From Candidatus Poribacteria bacterium (GTDB lineage Bacteria > Poribacteria > WGA-4E > WGA-3G), in contig JAJEDB010000043.1 in the NCBI GenBank assembly GCA_022821725.1, forward strand, positions 143,900 through 207,899: 64,000 nucleotides of DNA, written 5' to 3'. Below the pieces are notes generated by a model that had not been told where the DNA came from, ran no database searches, and worked only from the letters and a program-made list of their open reading frames with translations. Below are positions 28,079 through 36,474 of this stretch, in pieces; the first letter of the stretch is position 1; each line of letters starts with the position of its first letter. Both the position numbers and the translations under genes were made by a program.

Positions 28079-28495
28079 TTAGCGGATGGGGTTTCCATTT
28101 TCATCTACATAGACGACTTCCCAACCCTTTGGGACCGCCCCGGTGTTCAAGAGGTTTAATCTCTGTCTTTCGGAAAGTTCCGATCCCTGAACCGAGAGAA
28201 TTTCTCCAGTCTCCAATTCTGTTTCGGTGCGTGTGTGCCAGATATGTGCTGTTGATTCAGTTTTTAGGACGTAAATTCTTCCCGGTATTTGGGGCAAAGC
28301 GTTTTCACCTACCATAAAATAGTTTTCTACTTGCGGGTGGACTTGATTCGCTTCAGTCGCTACCATGAGTGTCTCAAGGGTTTGGGCACTAATGTATTGC
28401 TCTGTTCTTGCCTTGGAATCCAACGTCAAGTAACACCCAATAAAGATAACTCCGAAAATAAGTAAAAATAGGAAAATTCGCACTGTATACCTCAC
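28079..28495 (-). CDS. Hypothetical membrane-anchored protein
   Basis: 138 aa, single N-terminal TM (IFLFLLIFGVIFIGCYL). First gene behind the 28.55-kb promoter. Confidence 0.5.
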   Translation of the reverse strand: MRYTVRIFLFLLIFGVIFIGCYLTLDSKARTEQYISAQTLETLMVATEANQVHPQVENYFMVGENALPQIPGRIYVLKTESTAHIWHTRTETELETGEILSVQGSELSERQRLNLLNTGAVPKGWEVVYVDENGNPIR

Positions 28496-28537
28496 GGTTT
28501 TCTCTCCCCTCCTATAACGTTTGTCGGTTTTCTACAG

Positions 28538-28566
28538 AATATACACAATTCGCGGAAAAATTGCAA
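28538..28566 (-). promoter_or_regulatory. sigma70 promoter
   Basis: Minus strand TTTTTTTC-TTGCAA-N17-TATATT. Same T-tract plus CTTGCA architecture as the lexA promoter. Confidence 0.55.
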
Positions 28567-28622
28567 GAAAAAAATGGTATATTTGACAAAGGGAATCCTA
28601 AATTGACACTTAGGATGCGTTT

Positions 28623-29723
28623 TCAACCGCATCTAAGCAATTGGCGGATTGCCACCACCGCCGTTTCTGTATCTCGGAGCGGTTTTTTCGACGCATCGGC
28701 AGTCAAAGCATGAATGATGTGCGTTTCTAAGTCCTCAAGTCTGCACCGACGCACAACGGTATGCTCTTCCATATACCGATAGACTTCATATCGCTTCGGC
28801 AGTCGCGTCTTTTCTTCTGACAGCATGAGAACGATAACTTTACGTCCGCTGCTCGCTGCCTCACACACCATTGAGAAACTATCCGCGGTGACGATCAGCA
28901 GATCGCTTAAGGCGAGAATGGCTTGGTACGGGTCTTCAAGCTCTGAAGACGTATCAGGCATAATAAAGAGTGGGCACCAGTCGGCATGTTTTACGGTTGA
29001 TACCATATACGCTGTTACATCCGGTGGTGTGCGGCGGGAGGTCGTCACCAATATTTGAGCGTTCATCTTCTCTGCGGTCACCTTGCAAATCTCGCTGAGT
29101 CGTTCGGCATCGTCTCTCGCGATCGTTTCATGCCGATCCATCCCACCGAGCAGGATACCAATGCGTGGACAGTCCGATAGGTTCAGTTCACTTTCCAATT
29201 GTTTCCGTTTGGCATCCAGCGATTCTGGTGAAATAGGGTTTGGCACGCCGATGGTTCGGCAAATATTGTCCTTGCGCGAGGCGTGGTGCCAAGAGATCAT
29301 CGGCAGGATTGCGAGATCGAAATATCGGGTGCCTACCGGTGAGGGTCTGCGACACGTAACCGTCATGGCACGAAGGATTCTACCGAGGAGTAGGTTCACT
29401 GCCGCCACAGATGAGCCTGTTGAGAGGATAATATCAGCAGTTTGGTGTTGGACCAGCGCGTTGTAAGATTCAGGGATAAGACTCCACCGCAAGAGTCTAT
29501 GGATAAGGAATATGGGAAGCGAGACACCTCCGAACAGACACATAAAAACGCGTAGGAGGTTATCACGCCATTTGCGCCGAAATTGTATCTCAAGCCATAC
29601 CGTTCGGCACTCAGGCATTTTTTCAACGATACCCAAGGATTGTTTGTAGTGCCCTGGTTTCTTGTCGCTCAAGACAACAACTTTCATTAAAATAGTAAGC
29701 CTCTCCGTGCGCCGTAACTTCAC
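28623..29723 (-). CDS. ELM1/DUF1022-like putative glycosyltransferase
   Basis: VVVLSDKKPGHYKQSLGI, GILLGG and VTTSRRTP motifs recalled from the ELM1 family. GTG start forms a GTGA overlap with the upstream stop (alternative ATG at 29687). Confidence 0.6.
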   Translation of the reverse strand: MKLRRTERLTILMKVVVLSDKKPGHYKQSLGIVEKMPECRTVWLEIQFRRKWRDNLLRVFMCLFGGVSLPIFLIHRLLRWSLIPESYNALVQHQTADIILSTGSSVAAVNLLLGRILRAMTVTCRRPSPVGTRYFDLAILPMISWHHASRKDNICRTIGVPNPISPESLDAKRKQLESELNLSDCPRIGILLGGMDRHETIARDDAERLSEICKVTAEKMNAQILVTTSRRTPPDVTAYMVSTVKHADWCPLFIMPDTSSELEDPYQAILALSDLLIVTADSFSMVCEAASSGRKVIVLMLSEEKTRLPKRYEVYRYMEEHTVVRRCRLEDLETHIIHALTADASKKPLRDTETAVVAIRQLLRCG

Positions 29724-30487
29724 TCTTGTATTGTCTGCGCTAAGGAATACTCAATTAATTCCTTTAGATCGTGTTTGTCCTCGATTTTGACAATCCCCAC
29801 ATGCGGTGTAAACCATATCGTCTGCTGCCCTTGAATTGTCTCATCTGTCGAAAAAAGAGTATGCGTGATTTCGGTCTGGTATTCTATCCGGTATGCCTTC
29901 TCAAAGTTACCAGCAGGTGTTTCCAGTGGATTTTCAGCAACGACTTCCGCTTTGACACGTATATGTGCCTCAAAAGGTATCTGGAGCAGCACAAGATTTT
30001 GCAAAATGATGTTTCCGCTGGCCTTTATGTTAAGTGCGTCCCACTGGAAATTGGGAACCAAGGGTATCTGAAAAAAAACAAGTTCAGGATGCGCGAACGG
30101 CTCTACTACAACAGTCAATTCCAAACCGGCGAATTCGTCCTGCACGGCTTTCGGTAGTTCTGTTTGAAGGTAGTCGGTTACCTGTTGACTGACCGTGAAA
30201 ATAACCGCGTTGGGTGTAACCCGATAGTATGTAGAATTCAGGAAATCAAGGTCGGTTCCCGCAAGTGGTAGTGTGTCCTTGAAGATCCGATAGTCTTTTC
30301 CCTCAATATTCGTCTCGCCACTCACTTCTCGTGTCCATTGGGATCCATCGGAATTTCTGTAAATCCATCGACTTCCAATGGCATCGGGAAAGTAGTTCGG
30401 CATCTCTTCCACCGGCACAGGCGTTTCATCTGAACCGCATCCGAACCAAATAAAAATAACACACAAAATCAAAGAAGTCGGTCGCAT
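29720..30487 (-). CDS. Hypothetical lipoprotein
   Basis: 255 aa. Lipobox-like LILCVIFIWFGCGS. AAGGAG upstream. Confidence 0.55.
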   Translation of the reverse strand: MRPTSLILCVIFIWFGCGSDETPVPVEEMPNYFPDAIGSRWIYRNSDGSQWTREVSGETNIEGKDYRIFKDTLPLAGTDLDFLNSTYYRVTPNAVIFTVSQQVTDYLQTELPKAVQDEFAGLELTVVVEPFAHPELVFFQIPLVPNFQWDALNIKASGNIILQNLVLLQIPFEAHIRVKAEVVAENPLETPAGNFEKAYRIEYQTEITHTLFSTDETIQGQQTIWFTPHVGIVKIEDKHDLKELIEYSLAQTIQE

Positions 30488-30714
30488 TTTATCCTTTCAG
30501 TATTCTCCTTCGTCTATACGCTAAAGATAGTATAACACATCGTCAAGGAAGTCTACTGTTTTTTAGTGTGAAGTTGGGTTTCACTACGTCCTTGGGTATA
30601 TATGATGGCAGGTTGGACAGGGGCGATATTTGGAATCCGTATATCTGACTTCTCAGCTGCGTTCAACCCAACCTACGGGACTCCAAATGCTCTATAAGCC
30701 TCACGTAAAACTCC

Positions 30715-30742
30715 TTGACAAATAGATTGAACGTGTTATGCT
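30715..30742 (+). promoter_or_regulatory. sigma70 promoter reading into the Mrr remnant and ATPase-nuclease gene
   Basis: TTGACA-N16-TATGCT with TGT extended -10. Confidence 0.5.
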
Positions 30743-30758
30743 ATTATCACATTTTTGA

Positions 30759-30932
30759 ATACAAACAAAAGGATATTTTACGGAAAGAAGTTCCAAAAGG
30801 GTTATTCTTATCAATGGACACCAACTTGCCCAATTTATGATTGACCACAACGTTGGCGTTTCCGTAGAGAAAACCTACGAAATCAAGCGCGTAGATTCCG
30901 ATTATTTTGCTGAAGATACCAAAAACGTCTGA
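30759..30932 (+). pseudogene. C-terminal remnant of an Mrr-type restriction endonuclease
   Basis: 58-codon open frame with no start: IQTKGYFTERSSKRVILINGHQLAQFMIDHNVGVSVEKTYEIKRVDSDYFAEDTKNV*. It matches the conserved Mrr C-terminus (..VLIDGxxLAxLMIxHxVGV..Y.IKRIDxDYF) as I recall it. The N-terminal ~250 aa are absent. Confidence 0.65.
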
Positions 30933-30957
30933 GCATGTTAGCAACAAGAGAGAAAAA

Positions 30958-32559
30958 ATGAGAACATTCGGAACCCAAGGTCCTGTAAATCCTGAAGTAA
31001 ACTACGTTGTGAGTCGCGACGAGGAACTTGCGGATTTTATCGACAGAGTGAAAAAAGGGAAATACATCGTCCTCTTCGCGCCCCGCCAAACAGGCAAGAC
31101 AACTCTCTTTCGCGCCGCCATAGACACCCTCATAACTGAGATATATTTTCCAATTCAGATGAATTTTGAGTTGTATGTAGACTATCCGGTTCCCGATTTC
31201 TATGTCTCTTTCCATAAAAGGCTTTGCGAGCAGATTGAATGGGTTTTTGAAAGACGAGGGACAACGTCTTCTAAAACACTCAACGAATTTTTGGAGAATA
31301 CAGAGGTAACAGATCAAGTTACAATGGTGGAATTCTTTAAGCAGCTTGTTCGTTTTCTACCCGATCATGGCAGTTTCCCAAAGGTTGTCCTTATCATTGA
31401 TGAGTTTGATGCTATCCCGCCTGATGCCGTTCGCGGTTTCCTTCATTCACTTCGCTACATTTACCTCGACACCTCAGGTGTCCGATGTCCCTACAGTGTC
31501 GGTATTGTTGGGGTTAAAAACATCACGCAGCTCAACTACGACCGGTCAATCTCACCTTTCAATATCCAAGATGAGTTTCACTTGCCGAATTTCACGCTCG
31601 CGCAAGTCCAAGAACTCCTGGATCAATACACCAACGAAGTAGGACAAATCTTCGTGCCTGAAATCATCACCGCTATTCACAAACAGACGGCTGGACAACC
31701 TTTTCTCGTCAATCGGTGTGCGCAAATTCTTACCGAGGAACTGGACATTCCTAAAACGGAACCGATTACGATGGTTCACTTTTCTAAAGCACACACGCAA
31801 CTTCTTGAGGAAGGGAATACCAACATCAGTCATCTACTGACCAATATCCGCAGGAATCGTCGCTTTGAAAGCCTCCTTATGCGGATATCTTCTTATGAGA
31901 GAGGTTTGCGTTTCAATCCAGACGATGAGATCATTGACGAACTCGCTATGTATGGTGTAGTTGCGAAAGGGGATGACGGCATGTGTGAGATCGTGAATCC
32001 GATCTATCAACACCGCATTCTGCAGGCATACAAACCGCCATTTAATGGACTGGAGAGCGAGTATTTCTCCGAGGAAAACGGAGATGATTTCATTGATTAT
32101 GTCAACATTGATGAAGCAATTGAGATGGGGCCGCTCCTTGATAACTTTCAGACGTTCATTGGGCGAGTCGGTTTTCGTATTCTGCAAGTACCAGATACGC
32201 CACGAGAATATGTCGGTCAACATCTCCTTTACGCCTATCTGGACCATTTCGTTCAGAGCGTCGGTGCCAATATGTTCCTTGAAGTCCAAACTGGGCGCGG
32301 ACGGATAGACCTCCTTGTTGTCCACAACCAACGCAAATACATCGTTGAGACAAAAATATGGGAAGGCGATAGATACTATCAGGCAGGCAAGAAGCAACTC
32401 GCTGCGTATCTCAAATCAGAAGGGGTACAGGAAGGATATTATGTCGTATTCGATCATCGTAACAATCCTACGCCTCGCGTCGAGACGGAAACAGTAGAAG
32501 GTTTGACAATTCGGAGTTACGTTATTCCTGTGATGCAAGAACAACCCTCATCGACTTAG
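30958..32559 (+). CDS. AAA-like (AAA_35/Arch_ATPase-like) NTPase fused to a C-terminal PD-(D/E)XK nuclease
   Basis: 533 aa. Walker A APRQTGKTT, Walker B VVLIIDEFD (nt 31399-31404), C-terminal GRIDLLV..YIVETK (D451, E464, K466; nt 32308-32355). Confidence 0.8.
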   Translation: MRTFGTQGPVNPEVNYVVSRDEELADFIDRVKKGKYIVLFAPRQTGKTTLFRAAIDTLITEIYFPIQMNFELYVDYPVPDFYVSFHKRLCEQIEWVFERRGTTSSKTLNEFLENTEVTDQVTMVEFFKQLVRFLPDHGSFPKVVLIIDEFDAIPPDAVRGFLHSLRYIYLDTSGVRCPYSVGIVGVKNITQLNYDRSISPFNIQDEFHLPNFTLAQVQELLDQYTNEVGQIFVPEIITAIHKQTAGQPFLVNRCAQILTEELDIPKTEPITMVHFSKAHTQLLEEGNTNISHLLTNIRRNRRFESLLMRISSYERGLRFNPDDEIIDELAMYGVVAKGDDGMCEIVNPIYQHRILQAYKPPFNGLESEYFSEENGDDFIDYVNIDEAIEMGPLLDNFQTFIGRVGFRILQVPDTPREYVGQHLLYAYLDHFVQSVGANMFLEVQTGRGRIDLLVVHNQRKYIVETKIWEGDRYYQAGKKQLAAYLKSEGVQEGYYVVFDHRNNPTPRVETETVEGLTIRSYVIPVMQEQPSST

Positions 32560-32590
32560 ATGCGGTGTTCTCTGATTTGTTGTCTCTCCA

Positions 32591-33772
32591 TCATACCACT
32601 TCCATCCAAACCCCCGGCACGAACCCTGGATACGCTCCCTCACTGAATGCAGGATAATAGACAGCCTCATCACGGAAATCGTGAACCGTCTCGCCATCGC
32701 TGCTGTTCGGGATACGCACTCTACAGGTATATTCACTTTCACGGAAAAGTTGCTGCGGGGTCGGCATCGCTGCATCGACGCGATACGTTGAGAGTGCCGA
32801 CTCATCTACCGTGATGCCCAATCCGGGTGCATCCGACACCTGAATCGTCCCATCAACCACTGCGAGCCGCGTTTCGAGCAGATCCGATTCCCACAACTCG
32901 TGACACGTAATCGCTGGCAATTCCGCTTGCGATAACACCGCACCGAGATGCACCGAATACGCCGTTGTGATACCCGTGCCGACCATCTGGAGCCAGTAAG
33001 GCTGCGCAAAGGACGCACAGAGGGCGTTCGTCCGCAGCAGCGAGTTCACACCACCCCCGACAACGAACCCGCCGCAACAGCGCGCATGCAAACACGATTC
33101 GTTGAAATGCTCGACGATCCGCTTCTGGACAGCCGCTTGTAACCGCGCGGCACCCGCTACGTCCGTGCCGAGATAGTAAGGACTCTCGTATATAGCGACG
33201 TTCGGGTGTTCGTCTAATCGTTGCAACACGGGGATGGCATTATCCGCAGTCCGCAGAAACCCATTGAAATCGATATCAAGCCGATAGTCTGCCGGCACGG
33301 CGTTTCCGACAGCGTCCACCTGCGCGAAGATGTCCCGCCACGGACGCGCTTTCAGTTTCGCAGATGTGTAACCCCGTTTCACCGATTCTTGGACCTCCGC
33401 AACCCAGTCCTCCGGGGGCATATCGATGTCCCACCACGAAATCGGACACCGCTCGCGAACCTTCGGTCCGATGAGTTGATAGACAGGCACATCTACGGAT
33501 TTACCGACTGCATCGAAAAGCGACATCTGGATGCCGAACCCGATGCTATCATCGTTCATACACGCAAACGCGTTCTGTCCGATCACCTGTTCAATGTTCG
33601 CCGATTCATCTGATAGATTCTCACCGTATCCGATAACGCCGTTACTGAGTTCGACGCGGTAAACGTAGACACGCTCGCCGTGTGTCAAGGCACGGTGCAT
33701 GTGTCGGCTGACCCGTTCGTGATAAAACGGCACGTTCAACGGAATCGCTTCGAGATGTTTGATACTGAGCAT
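32591..33772 (-). CDS. Enolase superfamily (mandelate racemase/muconate lactonizing enzyme-like) protein
   Basis: ATG 33772 has GAGGAGG 6 nt upstream; the 33787 start is a non-canonical ATT. KLKARPW, DFNG, and metal-ligand spacing typical of the family. Confidence 0.75.
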   Translation of the reverse strand: MLSIKHLEAIPLNVPFYHERVSRHMHRALTHGERVYVYRVELSNGVIGYGENLSDESANIEQVIGQNAFACMNDDSIGFGIQMSLFDAVGKSVDVPVYQLIGPKVRERCPISWWDIDMPPEDWVAEVQESVKRGYTSAKLKARPWRDIFAQVDAVGNAVPADYRLDIDFNGFLRTADNAIPVLQRLDEHPNVAIYESPYYLGTDVAGAARLQAAVQKRIVEHFNESCLHARCCGGFVVGGGVNSLLRTNALCASFAQPYWLQMVGTGITTAYSVHLGAVLSQAELPAITCHELWESDLLETRLAVVDGTIQVSDAPGLGITVDESALSTYRVDAAMPTPQQLFRESEYTCRVRIPNSSDGETVHDFRDEAVYYPAFSEGAYPGFVPGVWMEVV

Positions 33773-33836
33773 GAGGTGCCTCCTCAATGGATATACTTTC
33801 GCTTACGCAGTTTGCTTTTCGCTTTCTGCTATATGT

Positions 33837-33867
33837 GTTTCCGAATTGTATCACATTTCCGAAATTG
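33837..33867. promoter_or_regulatory. Direct repeat TTTCCGAA(A)TTGT x2 in a divergent promoter region
   Basis: Copies at 33837-33848 and 33855-33867. Copy 1 overlaps a minus-strand TGATACAAT extended -10. Confidence 0.3.
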
Positions 33868-34048
33868 TGGGCAAAAATATTGCTACGGTGGACTCCGTGT
33901 AGGCAGGATCTCCGAATCCCGACTGTTCCGCATATCTTTCCTTGAAGAAAAACGACACAATTCGCAACGAAAGGTGTGAAAACAGGTAATCGTAAGTACC
34001 ATTGAACGTTGGCAACTAAAAACTGATAACCGATAACTCACAACACAA

Positions 34049-34077
34049 TTGACACCTCTGCTTTTTGTTGGTATAAT
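34049..34077 (+). promoter_or_regulatory. Consensus sigma70 promoter
   Basis: TTGACA-N17-TATAAT with TGG extended -10. Confidence 0.7.
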
Positions 34078-34134
34078 ATCTTTAACATGTCCGATATTAA
34101 AAATACCACGGCGTTCGTAAGCAAGGAGCACGTT

Positions 34135-35031
34135 ATGGCAAGAATCGAACCCTTTTTTGTTTCAAATGAACTCTTAGATCACCCTGAAAAACTCCGAGAA
34201 CGCGCACAGCAGGACGGTTACCTCTTTTTTCGTGGCTTGATTGATGCCGATGCTATCTACGAAGTGCGTCAAGATTTCTTGGAGATCTGCCATCAACACG
34301 GCTGGGCGAAAGGTGGAGACGCACTGATGGAGGGTATCCGCACCGGGGGTCCCTACATGGAAGGCGATGATGGCTATTGGCCTGTCTTGGATACGTTCCA
34401 ATGCTTGGAATCCTTCCACGCGTTCGCGCACCATCCCGCGATCTTGGATGTGTGCGACAAACTCTTCGGCGAGAAGACCCTCGTGCATCCGCGGAATATT
34501 GGAAGAATTATGTTCCCGGAGAACACAAAATACACAACGCCCGCACATCAAGATTTCATCCACATCCGAGGGACAGAGGAAACCTATACCGGATGGATAC
34601 CACTTGGCCCCTGTCCAGAAGTGTTGGGCGGATTGTCAGTCCTCTCGGGTTCACATCAAGGGGGTATTTATCCCGTCAAACCCGCATTCGGCGCAGGTGG
34701 ACTCGGTATTGATACGGCACCTTTGGAAGCGAAGGGTTTCTACTGGGTCGGCGGTGATTACGAGATTGGCGATGCCCTTTTCTTTCACAGCCATGCCGTC
34801 CACAAGGGGATGCCGAATCAGACCTCGGATCGGATACGCCTCTCGGTGGATTATCGCTATCAGGGAAACTCCAAGCCTGTCACTGACGGATCGCTTTTAC
34901 CACACTTCAATCGGATGGCATGGGACGAAATTTACAAGGATTGGGCTTCCACGGAATATCAGTATTATTGGAATGCATTCGACTTGAACCGGGTGAGCGG
35001 TGATAAACGTCCTGTAGATCCTATTGCGTAG
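34135..35031 (+). CDS. Phytanoyl-CoA dioxygenase (PhyH) family Fe(II)/2-oxoglutarate oxygenase
   Basis: AAGGAG 6 nt before ATG 34135. ATG 34087 sits at the predicted TSS. HQDFIH (HxD) and distal FFHSHAVHKG. Confidence 0.85.
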   Translation: MARIEPFFVSNELLDHPEKLRERAQQDGYLFFRGLIDADAIYEVRQDFLEICHQHGWAKGGDALMEGIRTGGPYMEGDDGYWPVLDTFQCLESFHAFAHHPAILDVCDKLFGEKTLVHPRNIGRIMFPENTKYTTPAHQDFIHIRGTEETYTGWIPLGPCPEVLGGLSVLSGSHQGGIYPVKPAFGAGGLGIDTAPLEAKGFYWVGGDYEIGDALFFHSHAVHKGMPNQTSDRIRLSVDYRYQGNSKPVTDGSLLPHFNRMAWDEIYKDWASTEYQYYWNAFDLNRVSGDKRPVDPIA

Positions 35032-35101
35032 CAAGGTCGTAGGCACACTTCGTGGGTCCGCTGTTTACAAAGCATAATAGTTCCAAGGAAAACAAAATCA
35101 A

Positions 35102-36301
35102 TTGATTAAATTGCGACAACGAAAACTGAATACTACGAATATTATAGTGGATCCTAAAAATAAATGGACACTTTCCGCCCCCGGTAGGTGCGGTTTCCTA
35201 ACCGCACCGATTCCGAAGTGCCCACTTAATTGTGGGCTTTACTATATCTGTTTTGTAGGGGTGTTAATCGGATGGATAGGACTCGCTATTTTACCTGTCT
35301 CTGCCGAAAACTACACTGGAGATTTTTTGACAAATGGCGTTGGGGGCAGAGCCCTCGGATTGGGGGGTGCCTACGTGAGCATCGCCGATGATGTAACGGC
35401 TACCTACTGGAATCCCGCTGGCATCGCAGGGATCCGCGATAATTACCAATTCTGTCTCATGCACGCCGCACGACGTTCTGGATTGGGTGCGTTCAACTAT
35501 ATCAGCGGCACAACACAGGTCCTATCAAGACTCAAGCTCGGGCTGTCATGGCTTCGCGCCGGGGTAGACGACATTCCTATCTATCCACTCATTCCAGCGT
35601 TCGATCCCAATATCACGCCAGAGGCACGACAAAACCTGGCGAAAAACCGTCCCAGAGAATCCGATTTCATTCCAGCAGGTTACCTAAACGACAGTGAAAA
35701 CGCCTATATTTTGACGCTTGCGACGCGTTGGGTCGTGAGTCAGTCGTGGTGGGATAATTTCGGAAGGGATTCACTGCCACCGGAGTTTATGTGTGGTGTG
35801 AACACAAAACTGATTACGCAGCGCTTGGATGGGGGTGAACTTGATGCCTATAACTATGGGAGTTGGGGATACGGCTTTGATGCTGGATTCCTCGTCCGTT
35901 TGCCCGATTTCAACGCGCTTTTCAATTTAGAGGACTTCGGCAGTCTCGCCTTTGGATTTAATCTTCAGGACATCTCAAAAACGACTTTAACGTGGAACAC
36001 TGTGTCTGCCCCGAAAGAATCGATTCCGGCGAATTGGAATGTGGGAGTTGCCTATACGAACCATCACCTTTTCAACCGAGAGATGATCGTTTCCTATCAG
36101 TGGCAACAGCGTTACGGCGGACAATCGCATATCGGCATAGAATATCGTATCAGCGAACCGTTGGCACTCCGTGTCGGTTACCGGGACGACCGAATTACAA
36201 GTGGCATCGGCATCCAGGTCCGCCAATTTCGACTCGATTACGCCCTCCTCCTTGGTGATCTCATCAGCACACACTTCCTGAGTCTGTTATGGAATTTCTG
36301 A
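35102..36301 (+). CDS. PorV/PorQ-like outer-membrane beta-barrel protein (start uncertain)
   Basis: GGRALGLGGAYVSIADDVTATYWNPAGIAG motif, C-terminal aromatic (..LLWNF). A REP element lies inside the first 40 codons. An in-frame GTG at 35261 gives a minimal signal peptide. Confidence 0.7.
   Translation: MIKLRQRKLNTTNIIVDPKNKWTLSAPGRCGFLTAPIPKCPLNCGLYYICFVGVLIGWIGLAILPVSAENYTGDFLTNGVGGRALGLGGAYVSIADDVTATYWNPAGIAGIRDNYQFCLMHAARRSGLGAFNYISGTTQVLSRLKLGLSWLRAGVDDIPIYPLIPAFDPNITPEARQNLAKNRPRESDFIPAGYLNDSENAYILTLATRWVVSQSWWDNFGRDSLPPEFMCGVNTKLITQRLDGGELDAYNYGSWGYGFDAGFLVRLPDFNALFNLEDFGSLAFGFNLQDISKTTLTWNTVSAPKESIPANWNVGVAYTNHHLFNREMIVSYQWQQRYGGQSHIGIEYRISEPLALRVGYRDDRITSGIGIQVRQFRLDYALLLGDLISTHFLSLLWNF
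35181..35214 (+). repeat. REP-like hairpin element, family 1
   Basis: CCGGTAGGTGCGGTTTCCTAACCGCACCGATTCC. A near-identical copy in the opposite orientation lies at about 36346-36385. Confidence 0.75.
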
Positions 36302-36309
36302 TGTAAACA

Positions 36310-36398
36310 GGACTTACGCAAAATGATCAAATTTTACCTATTTTCACGGGATTCGGTGCGGTTAGAAACCGCACCTACCGGGAGAGTGCGTAAGTCAT
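36310..36398. mobile_element. MITE-like 89-bp element (TIR AGGACTTACGCA / TGCGTAAGTC) carrying a family-1 REP hairpin
   Basis: Left TIR 36310-36321, hairpin GGTGCGGTTAGAAACCGCACC 36356-36376, right TIR 36388-36397. Sits in a convergent gap. Confidence 0.5.
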
Positions 36399-36474
36399 AG
36401 TAAAGTAGCGTTAAGGATAGCGTGAATTCGACTTAAGGATTTGGATGAATCTGATACCTGAAAACCGACACCCT

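Noticed and set aside
28045-28104. Longer degT start at 28104, and similarly extended starts at 59471 (nadE), 61844 (secreted protein), 60415 (TolB-like), 34087 (PhyH) and 33787 (enolase family, ATT codon).
   Set aside because: The extensions overlap upstream genes or repeats, or lie upstream of predicted TSS/SD positions. Internal ATGs with SD sequences or signal peptides fit better.
30573-30690. Long-range inverted repeat AGTTGGGTT...AACCCAACCT enclosing a TTGGAATCC string, checked as a possible tRNA, tRNA pseudogene or attachment site next to the Mrr remnant.
   Set aside because: No cloverleaf can be drawn. The T-loop-like stem would have an 11-nt loop, and there is no acceptor stem or anticodon arm. 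It is kept only as an unexplained hairpin.
34367-34987. 206-aa alternative-frame ORF inside the PhyH gene. The same applies to 36941-37483 (180 aa, within the MFS gene), 55998-56741 (247 aa, within the Wzi-like gene), 38817-39479 (220 aa, antisense to the amidohydrolase) and 53533-54027 (164 aa, antisense to ccmC).
   Set aside because: All lie within or antisense to genes with clear family motifs. Their translations are R/S/P/C-rich and low in complexity, with no start context. They are typical shadow ORFs.
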